A stretch of DNA of 64,000 nucleotides from Escherichia coli (lineage in GTDB: Bacteria; Pseudomonadota; Gammaproteobacteria; Enterobacterales; Enterobacteriaceae), in the NCBI RefSeq assembly GCF_024223415.1, contig NZ_CP100500.1; one strand, given 5' to 3'. Under the pieces are notes generated by a model that had not been told where the DNA came from, searched no databases, and saw only the letters and a program-made list of their open reading frames with translations. The position numbers and the translations under genes were made by a program. Positions 10,561 through 22,969 of this stretch are shown in pieces (positions within the stretch are counted from its first letter, which is position 1; every line of letters starts with the position of its first letter).

Positions 10561-11808
10561 ATGGATGTCATGAGAAGTGTTCTGGGAATGGTGGTATTGC
10601 TGACGATTGCGTTTTTACTGTCAGTAAACAAGAAGAAGATCAGCCTGCGTACCGTTGGCGCGGCGTTAGTGTTACAGGTCGTGATCGGCGGGATTATGCT
10701 TTGGTTACCGCCAGGGCGTTGGGTCGCTGAAAAAGTCGCTTTTGGCGTGCATAAAGTGATGGCGTACAGCGATGCAGGTAGCGCATTTATCTTCGGTTCG
10801 CTGGTCGGGCCGAAAATGGACACGCTGTTTGATGGCGCAGGATTTATCTTTGGTTTCAGGGTGTTACCGGCAATTATCTTCGTCACCGCGCTGGTGAGTA
10901 TTCTCTACTACATCGGTGTGATGGGGATCTTAATTCGCATTCTCGGCGGTATCTTCCAGAAAGCGTTAAATATCAGCAAGATCGAGTCATTCGTCGCGGT
11001 CACTACCATTTTCCTCGGGCAAAACGAAATTCCGGCAATCGTCAAACCCTTTATCGATCGGCTGAATCGCAATGAGTTATTTACAGCGATTTGTAGTGGC
11101 ATGGCCTCAATTGCCGGTTCGACAATGATTGGTTACGCCGCGCTGGGCGTGCCTGTGGAATATCTGCTGGCGGCATCATTAATGGCGATCCCCGGCGGGA
11201 TCTTGTTTGCCCGCCTGTTAAGCCCGGCTACGGAATCTTCGCAGGTTTCCTTTAATAACCTCTCTTTCACCGAAACACCGCCAAAAAGCATTATTGAAGC
11301 GGCAGCGACAGGGGCGATGACCGGGCTGAAAATCGCTGCGGGTGTGGCAACAGTGGTGATGGCATTTGTTGCCATCATTGCGTTAATTAACGGTATTATC
11401 GGCGGCGTTGGCGGCTGGTTTGGTTTTGAACATGCCTCGCTGGAGTCCATTTTAGGTTATCTGCTGGCCCCACTGGCGTGGGTAATGGGTGTTGACTGGA
11501 CTGATGCGAATCTTGCCGGGAGTTTGATTGGACAGAAACTGGCAATAAATGAATTTGTCGCTTATCTCAATTTCTCACCCTATCTGCAAACGGCTGGCAC
11601 TCTGGATGCTAAAACCGTGGCGATTATTTCCTTCGCGTTGTGCGGTTTCGCTAACTTTGGTTCTATCGGGGTGGTGGGGGCGTTTTCTGCGGTTGCGCCA
11701 CACCGTGCGCCGGAAATCGCCCAACTTGGTTTACGCGCGCTGGCGGCGGCGACACTTTCTAATCTGATGAGTGCCACCATTGCCGGGTTCTTTATTGGTT
11801 TAGCGTAG
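10561..11808 (+). CDS. nupX: NupC-family nucleoside permease
   Basis: 415-aa ORF, MDVMRSVLGMVVLLTIAFLLSVNKKK...; close paralogue of psuT. Confidence 0.9.
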   Translation: MDVMRSVLGMVVLLTIAFLLSVNKKKISLRTVGAALVLQVVIGGIMLWLPPGRWVAEKVAFGVHKVMAYSDAGSAFIFGSLVGPKMDTLFDGAGFIFGFRVLPAIIFVTALVSILYYIGVMGILIRILGGIFQKALNISKIESFVAVTTIFLGQNEIPAIVKPFIDRLNRNELFTAICSGMASIAGSTMIGYAALGVPVEYLLAASLMAIPGGILFARLLSPATESSQVSFNNLSFTETPPKSIIEAAATGAMTGLKIAAGVATVVMAFVAIIALINGIIGGVGGWFGFEHASLESILGYLLAPLAWVMGVDWTDANLAGSLIGQKLAINEFVAYLNFSPYLQTAGTLDAKTVAIISFALCGFANFGSIGVVGAFSAVAPHRAPEIAQLGLRALAAATLSNLMSATIAGFFIGLA

Positions 11809-11863
11809 TGTGCGATTTATGAGCCGGATTAGATGCGGTCAAGCGTCGAATCCGGCAACATTG

Positions 11864-12952
11864 TTACACCATTGGCACTAATGACAGCGCGTTATCGGCA
11901 GACAGGGTAGGGTTGTTTAAGCTGCCGCTGGCGCGTGAAATTGCCGCGCAGGCCATCGCAAAACGGGCGCTGTCACGGAAATTGTTTCCCTCCAGAAAGC
12001 TATATACCAGACCCGCCATAAAACCATCGTCAGCACCAAAACTGTCTACCGTCGTATGCGCTGGCACAGTCAGCAAAAATTGTTCACCATCCTTTTCGCT
12101 GCAATAAACTGACTCATCGGGCAAATAAACAAACAGTTGCTGAACACCTTGCTGATGCAATGCATTCACTGCGGCATTACGGTCAGCATCGCTGGTGATC
12201 GCCTGTCCCCATAAAATTTCCAGCTCCGGTAAAGTGGGTTTCAGGGTGTGAACATGCGCCAGCCAGTGTTTGATTTTGCCCGCTTTGAATTCTGAAACGG
12301 TATCGACAAACACCGGGATCTCACCAGCGAGGGTAAAGACCCATTCCAGCGCCTCGGCTGTCAGGTTGCAATCAGCCAGTACCACGCCCGCATGACGAAG
12401 TAAATCGCGCGACCCGTTCAATAATTGCGGCGATAACTGTTCCAGCAGATGGGTATCGTTAATCGCCAGCACGGTTTGATCGTCTCGATTGGCAATTGCC
12501 AGATACGTCGATGTGCTTTGACCATGTAAACGAACGCAGCCGGAGACATTCACGCCGGCGCGGCGCGTTTCTTCCAGGAGCATTTCGCCATAAAAGTCAT
12601 CGCCAATCACTGAAAGCAAATGGACGTCACGGCCTAACAGCGCCAGATTGTGGGCGATGTTGCGTCCCACGCCGCCCGCCGAGCAATGAATCGTACCGGG
12701 ATGAGAAGCCGCTTGCGGGTAACGGATATCCGCCATCCCGCGAATATCCATATTGATTGTCCCCACCACTACGCAGTATTCCTGCTCGGTGAGAATGTAA
12801 CCTTTGCCTTTAATCCGCCCTTTGCGCATTAAATCCATAATATGCGCCGCAACGCGCGAACGACTGATTTGCAGCATGTCCGCAATTTCGTTCTGCTGAA
12901 TCAGCGGGTTACGCCGTAAAATTGCAAGGATCTCCTTTTCCCGGTTATTCAT
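11864..12952 (-). CDS. yeiI: PfkB-family sugar/nucleoside kinase with N-terminal HTH domain
   Basis: 362-aa ORF; N-terminal HTH (NNREKEILAILRRNP...) fused to a ribokinase-like domain paralogous to psuK. Confidence 0.88.
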   Translation of the reverse strand: MNNREKEILAILRRNPLIQQNEIADMLQISRSRVAAHIMDLMRKGRIKGKGYILTEQEYCVVVGTINMDIRGMADIRYPQAASHPGTIHCSAGGVGRNIAHNLALLGRDVHLLSVIGDDFYGEMLLEETRRAGVNVSGCVRLHGQSTSTYLAIANRDDQTVLAINDTHLLEQLSPQLLNGSRDLLRHAGVVLADCNLTAEALEWVFTLAGEIPVFVDTVSEFKAGKIKHWLAHVHTLKPTLPELEILWGQAITSDADRNAAVNALHQQGVQQLFVYLPDESVYCSEKDGEQFLLTVPAHTTVDSFGADDGFMAGLVYSFLEGNNFRDSARFAMACAAISRASGSLNNPTLSADNALSLVPMV

Positions 12953-12954
12953 CT

Positions 12955-13812
12955 TCAGGCTACCGCTTTTTCAGTTTGTTGCGCTTTCAGCCAGGCGATC
13001 TCTTCTGCCCAGATATCCGGGTTGATGGTTTCGAGGATCAGCGGAATGCCGTCGAAACGGTCGTCCTGCATGATCCAGCGGAACGCATCATGACCGATAT
13101 TGCCTTCACCGAGGCTATGATGGCGGTCAACGCGGCTGCCAAAGGTGCTTTTCGCATCGTTAAGGTGCATCCCGCGCAGATACTTAAAGCCGACAATACG
13201 GGCAAAATCCGCGAACGTTTTCTCGCATTCGGCTGGAGTACGCAAATCATACCCGGCAGCGAAAGCATGGCAGGTATCAATGCAGACGCCTACACGGGAT
13301 TTATCTTCCACGCCGTCGATAATCGCCGCGAGATGTTCGAATTTAAACCCTAAGTTACTGCCCTGACCGGCGGTGTTTTCAATCACCGCGGTCACACCTT
13401 GAGTTTTATCCAGCGCAATGTTGATGGATTCGGCAATACGCGCAAGGCAATCCTCTTCTGAAATCTGCATCAGATGGCTGCCAGGGTGGAAATTGAGCAA
13501 AGAAAGCCCCAGTTGTTCGCAACGCTGCATTTCATCTATAAAGGCATCGCGCGATTTTTCCAGAGCTTCAGCGACCGGATGTCCGAGGTTAATCAGATAG
13601 CTGTCGTGGGGAAGAATTTGCGCCGATGTGTAGTGATATTTTTCACAGGCGGCTTTGAATTCATCGATGGTTTGCGTCGTGAGCGGTGCGGCACGCCACT
13701 GACGTTGGTTTTTGGTGAACAAGGCAAACGCGGTTGCGTCGATTTCGGCGGCGCGAATTGCGGCATTTGCCAGACCGCCAGCAGCACTAACGTGCGCTCC
13801 AATGTATTTCAT
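12955..13812 (-). CDS. nfo: Endonuclease IV (AP endonuclease)
   Basis: 285-aa [17 protein letters not shown]...; matches recalled Nfo. Confidence 0.95.
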   Translation of the reverse strand: MKYIGAHVSAAGGLANAAIRAAEIDATAFALFTKNQRQWRAAPLTTQTIDEFKAACEKYHYTSAQILPHDSYLINLGHPVAEALEKSRDAFIDEMQRCEQLGLSLLNFHPGSHLMQISEEDCLARIAESINIALDKTQGVTAVIENTAGQGSNLGFKFEHLAAIIDGVEDKSRVGVCIDTCHAFAAGYDLRTPAECEKTFADFARIVGFKYLRGMHLNDAKSTFGSRVDRHHSLGEGNIGHDAFRWIMQDDRFDGIPLILETINPDIWAEEIAWLKAQQTEKAVA

Positions 13813-13885
13813 GCGAGGACTCCTGTTAAACCCGCTGGAGGAAAACGGTAATGATAGCGGGTTAACAGGAGCAAGATGTAGTGGT

Positions 13886-14935
13886 TTATGCGATGACGCT
13901 TTGAATCACATAGTTAATCGCACCACCACCAACAATCAGCCAGGCAAACAGTACCAGTGCCATCAGCAGAGGTTTCGCCCCGGCTTTTTTCAGCGCGCTG
14001 ACGTGAGTGGTCAGACCCAGCGCCGCCATCGCCATTGCCAGCAGGAAGGTATCCAGCGTTACCAGCATGTTCACCACGCTCTGCGGTAACAGGTGGAACG
14101 AGTTAAAGATGGCAACTACGATGAACAAGATGGCAAACCACGGAATAGTGATTTTGCTTTTCTCGCCGCTGTTCGCCCCAGACAGCTGTTTAACACGCGC
14201 CGCCAGCAGGATGAGGAACGGAGCCAGCATCATCACGCGCAGCATTTTGGAAATAACTGCTGCGTTTTCCGCATCCGGGCTGATGGCATGACCTGCCGCC
14301 ACCACCTGCGCCACTTCGTGCACAGTAGAACCAATGTAGATACCGAAAGTTTCCGGACTAAACCATTGAGACATCAGCGGATATATCGCCGGGTAGAGGA
14401 AAATCGCGACGGTCCCGAAGATAACAACGGTTGCAACAGCCACGGTTACTTTACTGGCTTCCGCTTTCACTACCGGCTCAGTCGCCAGTACCGCGGCAGC
14501 ACCACAGATACTGCTACCGGCACCGATCAACCAGCTGGTGTGCTTATCCAGACCAAACACTTTCTGCCCCAGGAAGCAAGCCAGCAGGAAGGTACTGGAC
14601 AGCGTCAACACGTCAATGATGATCCCACTGATACCGACATCGGCAATTTGCGAGAACGTCAGACGGAAGCCATAAAGAATGATACCCAGACGTAATAAAT
14701 ATTGCTTGGCAAACAGCACACCACCGTCACAGCTTTTCCAGATGTGCGGATAGATGGTGTTGCCTAAAACCATCCCCAACAAGATTGCGAGGGTGAGGGC
14801 ACTAAACCCGGCACCCGCAACCGCGGGAATGGAACCACCCCACAGGGCGACCCCGGTGATAACTGCACTCAGGGCTAACCCCGGAATAAAATGCCACAGT
14901 GTACGATGTTGTTTCTGTAAGGTGATATTCGTCAT
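13886..14935 (-). CDS. yeiH: UPF0324-family inner membrane protein
   Basis: 349-aa polytopic ORF divergent from the LysR regulator yeiE. Confidence 0.88.
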   Translation of the reverse strand: MTNITLQKQHRTLWHFIPGLALSAVITGVALWGGSIPAVAGAGFSALTLAILLGMVLGNTIYPHIWKSCDGGVLFAKQYLLRLGIILYGFRLTFSQIADVGISGIIIDVLTLSSTFLLACFLGQKVFGLDKHTSWLIGAGSSICGAAAVLATEPVVKAEASKVTVAVATVVIFGTVAIFLYPAIYPLMSQWFSPETFGIYIGSTVHEVAQVVAAGHAISPDAENAAVISKMLRVMMLAPFLILLAARVKQLSGANSGEKSKITIPWFAILFIVVAIFNSFHLLPQSVVNMLVTLDTFLLAMAMAALGLTTHVSALKKAGAKPLLMALVLFAWLIVGGGAINYVIQSVIA

Positions 14936-15033
14936 AACCCTCTCCTTTAACCGGGCATAAGGTTACGACTAACTGGTTTAAAAATAAAATTGATTATATA
15001 TTTATAATTAATCTTTATAAGTGGTAAGCGACT

Positions 15034-15915
15034 ATGCACATCACCCTCCGGCAGTTGGAAGTTTTTGCAGAAGTATTGAAAAGTGGATCAACCACCCAGG
15101 CGTCGGTGATGCTGGCGTTGTCGCAATCAGCAGTGAGCGCAGCCTTGACCGACCTGGAAGGGCAGCTTGGCGTGCAACTGTTTGATCGCGTGGGGAAAAG
15201 ACTGGTTGTTAATGAACACGGGCGGCTGCTCTATCCGCGTGCGTTGGCACTGCTTGAACAGGCGGTTGAAATCGAACAACTGTTTCGCGAAGACAACGGC
15301 GCGATTCGTATCTATGCCAGTAGTACCATCGGTAACTACATTCTGCCTGCAGTTATCGCCCGTTATCGCCATGATTATCCGCAGTTGCCGATTGAACTTA
15401 GCGTTGGGAACAGCCAGGACGTGATGCAAGCGGTGCTGGATTTCCGCGTTGATATTGGCTTTATTGAAGGACCGTGCCACAGCACTGAAATCATTTCTGA
15501 ACCGTGGCTGGAAGACGAGCTGGTGGTTTTCGCCGCGCCGACTTCGCCGTTGGCCCGTGGTCCGGTCACCTTAGAACAGCTGGCCGCTGCGCCGTGGATC
15601 CTGCGTGAACGCGGTTCCGGCACGCGGGAGATTGTCGATTATCTGTTGCTGTCACATTTACCGAAGTTTGAGATGGCGATGGAATTAGGTAACTCCGAGG
15701 CAATCAAACATGCGGTGCGTCATGGGTTGGGAATTAGTTGCCTGTCGCGACGGGTGATTGAAGATCAATTGCAGGCAGGCACATTAAGTGAAGTTGCGGT
15801 CCCTCTGCCGCGCCTGATGCGTACGTTGTGGCGTATACATCATCGGCAAAAACACCTTTCCAACGCGCTACGGCGCTTTCTGGACTATTGCGATCCCGCG
15901 AATGTACCGCGTTAA
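15034..15915 (+). CDS. yeiE: LysR-family transcriptional regulator
   Basis: 293-aa ORF with N-terminal LysR HTH ([24 protein letters not shown]...). Confidence 0.9.
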
Positions 15916-16119
15916 GTTGCTGTACAAGAACATGCTGGTGCTGTGTCGATTTCGTGACGCAGCGCCCTCAGCATGCATTCGCCAGAAAAGAGATTGGCTG
16001 CTTTACTTATAATCCCTGGGCGATCATGAAGGTGTCTTATAACCGTGTATTTCTGCCGGAAGGATTGCCAATCGTCTGCTACAATCGCGCCTCATTTTTT
16101 AGATGGATAGCATTTTTGT

Positions 16120-17589
16120 ATGGTTTCCGAAACTAAAACCACAGAAGCGCCGGGCTTACGCCGTGAATTAAAGGCGCGTCACCTGACGATGATTGCCATT
16201 GGTGGTTCCATCGGTACAGGTCTTTTTGTTGCCTCTGGCGCAACGATTTCTCAGGCAGGTCCGGGCGGGGCATTGCTCTCGTATATGCTGATTGGCCTGA
16301 TGGTTTACTTCCTGATGACCAGTCTCGGTGAACTGGCTGCATATATGCCGGTTTCCGGTTCGTTTGCCACTTACGGTCAGAACTATGTTGAAGAAGGCTT
16401 TGGCTTCGCGCTGGGCTGGAACTACTGGTACAACTGGGCGGTGACTATTGCCGTTGACCTGGTTGCAGCTCAGCTGGTCATGAGCTGGTGGTTCCCGGAT
16501 ACACCGGGCTGGATCTGGAGTGCGTTGTTCCTCGGCGTTATCTTCCTGCTGAACTACATCTCTGTTCGCGGCTTTGGTGAAGCGGAATACTGGTTCTCAC
16601 TGATCAAAGTCACGACAGTTATTGTCTTTATCATCGTTGGCGTGCTGATGATTATCGGTATCTTCAAAGGCGCGCAGCCTGCGGGCTGGAGCAACTGGAC
16701 AATCGGCGAAGCGCCGTTTGCTGGTGGTTTTGCGGCGATGATCGGCGTAGCTATGATTGTCGGCTTCTCTTTCCAGGGAACCGAGCTGATCGGTATTGCT
16801 GCAGGCGAGTCCGAAGATCCGGGGAAAAACATTCCACGCGCGGTACGTCAGGTGTTCTGGCGAATCCTGTTGTTCTATGTGTTCGCGATCCTGATTATCA
16901 GCCTGATTATTCCGTACACCGATCCGAGCCTGCTGCGTAACGATGTTAAAGACATCAGCGTTAGTCCGTTCACCCTGGTGTTCCAGCACGCGGGTCTGCT
17001 CTCTGCGGCGGCGGTGATGAACGCAGTTATTCTGACGGCGGTGCTGTCAGCCGGTAACTCCGGTATGTATGCGTCTACTCGTATGCTGTACACCCTGGCG
17101 TGTGACGGTAAAGCGCCGCGCATTTTCGCTAAACTGTCGCGTGGTGGCGTGCCGCGTAATGCGCTGTATGCGACGACGGTGATTGCCGGTCTGTGCTTCC
17201 TGACCTCCATGTTTGGCAACCAGACGGTATACCTGTGGCTGCTGAACACCTCCGGGATGACCGGTTTTATCGCCTGGCTGGGGATTGCCATTAGCCACTA
17301 CCGCTTCCGTCGCGGTTACGTATTGCAGGGACACGACATTAACGATCTGCCGTACCGTTCAGGTTTCTTCCCACTGGGTCCGATCTTCGCATTCATTCTG
17401 TGTCTGATTATCACTTTGGGCCAGAACTACGAAGCATTCCTGAAAGATACCATTGACTGGGGCGGCGTAGCGGCAACGTATATTGGTATCCCGCTGTTCC
17501 TGATTATTTGGTTCGGCTACAAGCTGATTAAAGGAACCCACTTCGTACGCTACAGCGAAATGAAGTTCCCGCAGAACGATAAGAAATAA
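16120..17589 (+). CDS. lysP: Lysine-specific permease (APC family)
   Basis: 489-aa ORF, MVSETKTTEAPGLRRELKARHLTMIAIGG... Confidence 0.95.
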   Translation: MVSETKTTEAPGLRRELKARHLTMIAIGGSIGTGLFVASGATISQAGPGGALLSYMLIGLMVYFLMTSLGELAAYMPVSGSFATYGQNYVEEGFGFALGWNYWYNWAVTIAVDLVAAQLVMSWWFPDTPGWIWSALFLGVIFLLNYISVRGFGEAEYWFSLIKVTTVIVFIIVGVLMIIGIFKGAQPAGWSNWTIGEAPFAGGFAAMIGVAMIVGFSFQGTELIGIAAGESEDPGKNIPRAVRQVFWRILLFYVFAILIISLIIPYTDPSLLRNDVKDISVSPFTLVFQHAGLLSAAAVMNAVILTAVLSAGNSGMYASTRMLYTLACDGKAPRIFAKLSRGGVPRNALYATTVIAGLCFLTSMFGNQTVYLWLLNTSGMTGFIAWLGIAISHYRFRRGYVLQGHDINDLPYRSGFFPLGPIFAFILCLIITLGQNYEAFLKDTIDWGGVAATYIGIPLFLIIWFGYKLIKGTHFVRYSEMKFPQNDKK

Positions 17590-17609
17590 GTTTCTCCCTT
17601 CCTTGCTAA

Positions 17610-17635
17610 GCCCTCTCAACCGAGAGGGCTTTTTC
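17610..17635 (+). terminator. Intrinsic terminator downstream of lysP
   Basis: CCCTCTC-aacc-GAGAGGG stem followed by CTTTTT. Confidence 0.8.
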
Positions 17636-17684
17636 AATTCCATTTCCCTGACAAATCATGCGGATATAAAATTTAACATTTGGA

Positions 17685-17712
17685 TTGATAATTGTTATCG
17701 TTTGCATTATCG
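17685..17712. promoter_or_regulatory. Fur box in the cirA promoter
   Basis: TTGATAATTGTTATCGTTTGCATTATCG, overlapping GATAAT-type hexamers typical of Fur operators, ~170 bp upstream of the cirA ATG. Confidence 0.7.
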
Positions 17713-17880
17713 TTACGCCGCAATCAAAAAAGGCTGACAAATCAGAGGCTGGTCCGGCTTGCTGGGATGATCACCTGCATACAAATAAGTCCACCGCGAT
17801 GCTGCCGTACGCAAGGGGACGTGAAGAAGATGTGAGCGATAACCCATTTTATTTTCGTAGTTACCTCATGGAGATATGGA

Positions 17881-19860
17881 ATGTTTAGGTTGAACCCTTT
17901 CGTACGGGTCGGGCTGTGTTTGTCCGCTATTTCTTGTGCATGGCCTGTGTTAGCGGTCGATGATGATGGCGAAACGATGGTTGTCACTGCATCTTCCGTT
18001 GAACAAAACCTTAAAGATGCACCCGCCAGTATCAGCGTCATTACCCAGGAAGACCTGCAGCGAAAACCGGTACAGAATCTGAAGGATGTCCTCAAAGAAG
18101 TGCCTGGCGTACAACTGACGAACGAAGGGGATAACCGTAAGGGCGTTAGTATTCGTGGTCTGGACAGCAGCTACACCCTGATTCTTGTCGACGGTAAACG
18201 CGTTAACTCCCGCAATGCCGTCTTCCGCCACAATGATTTCGATCTGAACTGGATCCCGGTCGATTCCATCGAACGTATTGAAGTGGTCCGTGGCCCGATG
18301 TCGTCGCTGTACGGTTCCGATGCGCTCGGCGGTGTAGTGAATATCATCACCAAAAAAATCGGTCAGAAATGGTCGGGTACCGTTACCGTCGATACCACCA
18401 TTCAGGAACATCGCGATCGCGGTGATACCTATAACGGTCAGTTCTTTACCAGTGGACCATTAATTGATGGTGTGCTGGGAATGAAAGCTTACGGCAGCCT
18501 GGCAAAACGTGAAAAGGATGACCCGCAAAACTCAACGACCACCGATACCGGAGAAACGCCGCGTATTGAAGGATTCTCCAGCCGCGACGGCAATGTCGAA
18601 TTTGCCTGGACACCGAATCAAAATCACGATTTTACTGCCGGATATGGTTTCGACCGTCAGGATCGTGATTCCGACTCGCTGGACAAAAACCGCCTGGAAC
18701 GCCAGAACTACTCCGTCAGCCATAATGGGCGTTGGGATTACGGCACCAGCGAACTGAAATACTACGGTGAGAAAGTCGAGAACAAAAACCCTGGCAACAG
18801 CAGCCCGATAACTTCCGAAAGCAATACGGTCGACGGCAAATACACGTTGCCGCTGACGGCGATTAATCAGTTTCTCACGGTTGGCGGTGAATGGCGTCAC
18901 GACAAACTTAGCGATGCGGTGAACCTGACCGGGGGAACCAGCTCCAAAACGTCTGCCAGCCAGTACGCGCTGTTTGTGGAAGATGAATAGCGAATCTTCG
19001 AGCCGCTGGCGCTGACGACCGGCGTACGTATGGACGATCATGAAACCTACGGTGAACACTGGAGTCCGCGTGCCTACCTGGTTTATAACGCCACCGACAC
19101 CGTAACGGTGAAAGGGGGCTGGGCGACGGCATTTAAAGCGCCTTCTCTGTTGCAACTTAGCCCTGACTGGACGAGCAATTCCTGCCGTGGCGCATGTAAG
19201 ATTGTGGGTAGCCCGGATCTGAAACCAGAAACCAGCGAAAGTTGGGAGCTGGGGCTTTACTACATGGGTGAAGAAGGCTGGCTGGAAGGGGTTGAATCCA
19301 GCGTTACCGTTTTCCGTAACGATGTGAAAGATCGTATCAGCATCAGCCGTACGTCTGACGTCAATGCTGCACCGGGCTACCAAAACTTTGTTGGTTTTAC
19401 AGCGAACGGTGTGCCGGTATTTAGCTACTACAACGTTAACAAAGCACGTATTCAGGGCGTGGAAACCGAACTGAAAATTCCGTTCAACGATGAATGGAAA
19501 CTGTCACTCAACTACACCTACAACGATGGTCGTGATGTCAGCAACGGCGAAAACAAACCGCTATCCGATCTGCCGTTCCATACCGCTAACGGTACGCTGG
19601 ACTGGAAACCGCTGGCACTGGAAGACTGGTCATTCTATGTTTCTGGTCACTATACCGGGCAGAAACGAGCCGACAGCGCGACGGCTAAAACACCGGGCGG
19701 TTATACCATCTGGAATACCGGCGCGGCCTGGCAGGTGACTAAAGACGTCAAACTGCGCGCAGGCGTGCTGAACCTTGGCGACAAGGATCTCAGTCGTGAC
19801 GACTACAGCTATAACGAAGACGGACGTCGTTACTTTATGGCAGTGGATTATCGCTTCTGA
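17881..19860 (+). pseudogene. cirA: Catecholate siderophore / colicin Ia-Ib receptor CirA, interrupted by an in-frame amber codon
   Basis: Track ORFs 17881..18990 and 19030..19860 share a reading frame and are separated only by TAG at 18988-18990 (...[26 protein letters not shown]...); wild-type CirA has Trp here (EDEWRIFEP) by recollection. Confidence 0.85.
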
Positions 19861-19891
19861 TAAGAAGATGCCCGGCGAACCGGGCGGACTT

Positions 19892-20761
<870 letters not shown>

Positions 20762-20985
20762 TCATCATACCGTTTATTCAATGTGCTGTGAGTAACTTTC
20801 ACTTCCGTATTTGCATAACGATGTTTTAACATCTGCTGATGAAAGGCAGCGGCAATTACAATAATTATCGCTGTGAATACTGGATTATGTGCGCCGCCTC
20901 ACGCACAATAATCAGGCTGTAAATCAGCTTAATAACTTTGCCCCCACGCAGGGCGGAGGCGTCACACCTGCAGGAGAAATCATAA

Positions 20986-21654
20986 ATGCCATCACTCAGT
21001 AAAGAAGCGGCCCTGGTTCATGAAGCGTTAGTTGCGCGAGGACTGGAAACACCGCTGCGCCCGCCCGTGCATGAAATGGATAACGAAACGCGCAAAAGCC
21101 TTATTGCTGGTCATATGACCGAAATTATGCAGCTGCTGAATCTCGACCTGGCTGATGACAGTTTGATGGAAACGCCGCATCGCATCGCTAAAATGTATGT
21201 CGATGAAATTTTCTCCGGTCTGGATTACGCCAACTTCCCGAAAATCACCCTCATTGAAAACAAAATGAAGGTCGATGAAATGGTCACCGTGCGCGATATC
21301 ACTCTGACCAGTACCTGTGAACACCATTTTGTTACCATCGATGGCAAAGCGACGGTGGCTTATATCCCGAAAGATTCGGTGATCGGTCTGTCAAAAATTA
21401 ACCGTATCGTGCAGTTCTTTGCCCAGCGTCCGCAGGTGCAGGAACGTCTGACGCAGCAAATTCTCATTGCGCTACAAACGCTGCTGGGCACCAATAACGT
21501 GGCTGTCTCTATCGACGCGGTGCATTACTGCGTGAAGGCGCGTGGCATCCGCGATGCAACCAGTGCCACGACAACGACCTCTCTTGGTGGATTGTTCAAA
21601 TCCAGTCAGAATACGCGCCACGAGTTTCTGCGCGCTGTGCGTCATCACAACTGA
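20986..21654 (+). CDS. folE: GTP cyclohydrolase I
   Basis: 222-aa [27 protein letters not shown]... Confidence 0.95.
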
Positions 21655-21670
21655 TTAAAAGGCAGGAACC

Positions 21671-22828
21671 ATGGAGCGCAACGTCACGCTCGATTTTGTT
21701 CGCGGCGTCGCCATTCTGGGGATCCTGCTATTAAACATCAGCGCCTTTGGGCTACCAAAGGCGGCTTATCTTAATCCCGCCTGGTACGGCGCTATTACGC
21801 CGCAGGATGCATGGACCTGGGCATTTCTCGATCTCATCGGCCAGGTGAAATTCCTCACGCTTTTTGCGCTGCTGTTTGGTGCTGGCCTGCAAATGTTGCT
21901 GCCCCGTGGCAGACGATGGATCCAGTCGCGGTTAACGCTGTTAGTCTTGTTGGGCTTTATTCACGGTTTATTGTTCTGGGACGGCGATATTCTGCTGGCT
22001 TACGGGCTGGTGGGCTTAATCTGCTGGCGGCTGGTGCGCGATGCGCCATCGGTAAAAAGCCTGTTTAATACAGGCGTCATGCTTTATCTGGTGGGGCTTG
22101 GCGTTTTGCTGTTATTGGGGTTGATTTCCGACAGCCAGACCAGCCGCGCTTGGACGCCGGATGCATCGGCTATTTTGTATGAAAAATACTGGAAGCTTCA
22201 CGGCGGCGTTGAAGCGATCAGTAATCGTGCCGATGGTGTTGGCAACAGTTTACTGGCACTGGGCGCACAGTATGGCTGGCAACTGGCAGGGATGATGCTC
22301 ATTGGTGCGGCGCTGATGCGCAGCGGCTGGCTGAAAGGGCAGTTCAGCTTACGTCACTATCGTCGTACTGGTTTTGTGCTGGTGGCGATTGGGGTGACCA
22401 TTAACCTTCCAGCCATCGCCCTGCAATGGCAGCTGGACTGGGCGTATCGCTGGTGTGCCTTCTTACTTCAAATGCCGCGGGAACTGAGTGCGCCGTTTCA
22501 GGCGATTGGCTATGCGTCGCTGTTTTATGGCTTCTGGCCGCAATTGAGCCGCTTTAAGCTGGTGCTTGCGATCGCCTGCGTCGGACGGATGGCGCTGACC
22601 AACTATCTATTGCAAACGCTGATTTGTACCACGCTTTTTTACCACCTCGGTTTGTTTATGCATTTTGACCGCCTGGAGCTGCTGGCGTTTGTTATTCCGG
22701 TATGGCTGGCGAATATCCTCTTCTCTGTTATCTGGCTGCGTTACTTCCGCCAGGGGCCGGTGGAATGGCTCTGGCGTCAGTTAACTTTGCGTGCTGCCGG
22801 ACCGGCAATATCTAAAACATCAAGATAA
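21671..22828 (+). CDS. yeiB: DUF418-family inner membrane protein
   Basis: 385-aa hydrophobic ORF immediately after folE. Confidence 0.85.
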   Translation: MERNVTLDFVRGVAILGILLLNISAFGLPKAAYLNPAWYGAITPQDAWTWAFLDLIGQVKFLTLFALLFGAGLQMLLPRGRRWIQSRLTLLVLLGFIHGLLFWDGDILLAYGLVGLICWRLVRDAPSVKSLFNTGVMLYLVGLGVLLLLGLISDSQTSRAWTPDASAILYEKYWKLHGGVEAISNRADGVGNSLLALGAQYGWQLAGMMLIGAALMRSGWLKGQFSLRHYRRTGFVLVAIGVTINLPAIALQWQLDWAYRWCAFLLQMPRELSAPFQAIGYASLFYGFWPQLSRFKLVLAIACVGRMALTNYLLQTLICTTLFYHLGLFMHFDRLELLAFVIPVWLANILFSVIWLRYFRQGPVEWLWRQLTLRAAGPAISKTSR

Positions 22829-22969
22829 CGATCTGGATCACATTCGTTAACAAAACGGCTGTAACCGTTTCCATTGCTGTGACTCGATTCACGAAGTCCT
22901 GTATTCAGTGCTGACAAAATAGCCGCCAGCAAGCAGTCATTTACTGCAATCTCATAACAGGTAGTGAAT

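Noticed and set aside
14093-14695. 200-aa plus-strand ORF
   Set aside because: Antisense to yeiH; translation is charged and low-complexity.
17881-19860. Two separate genes at the cirA locus (369 aa and 276 aa)
   Set aside because: Both are in the same frame, separated by a single TAG; this is one gene with an internal amber codon, not two genes.
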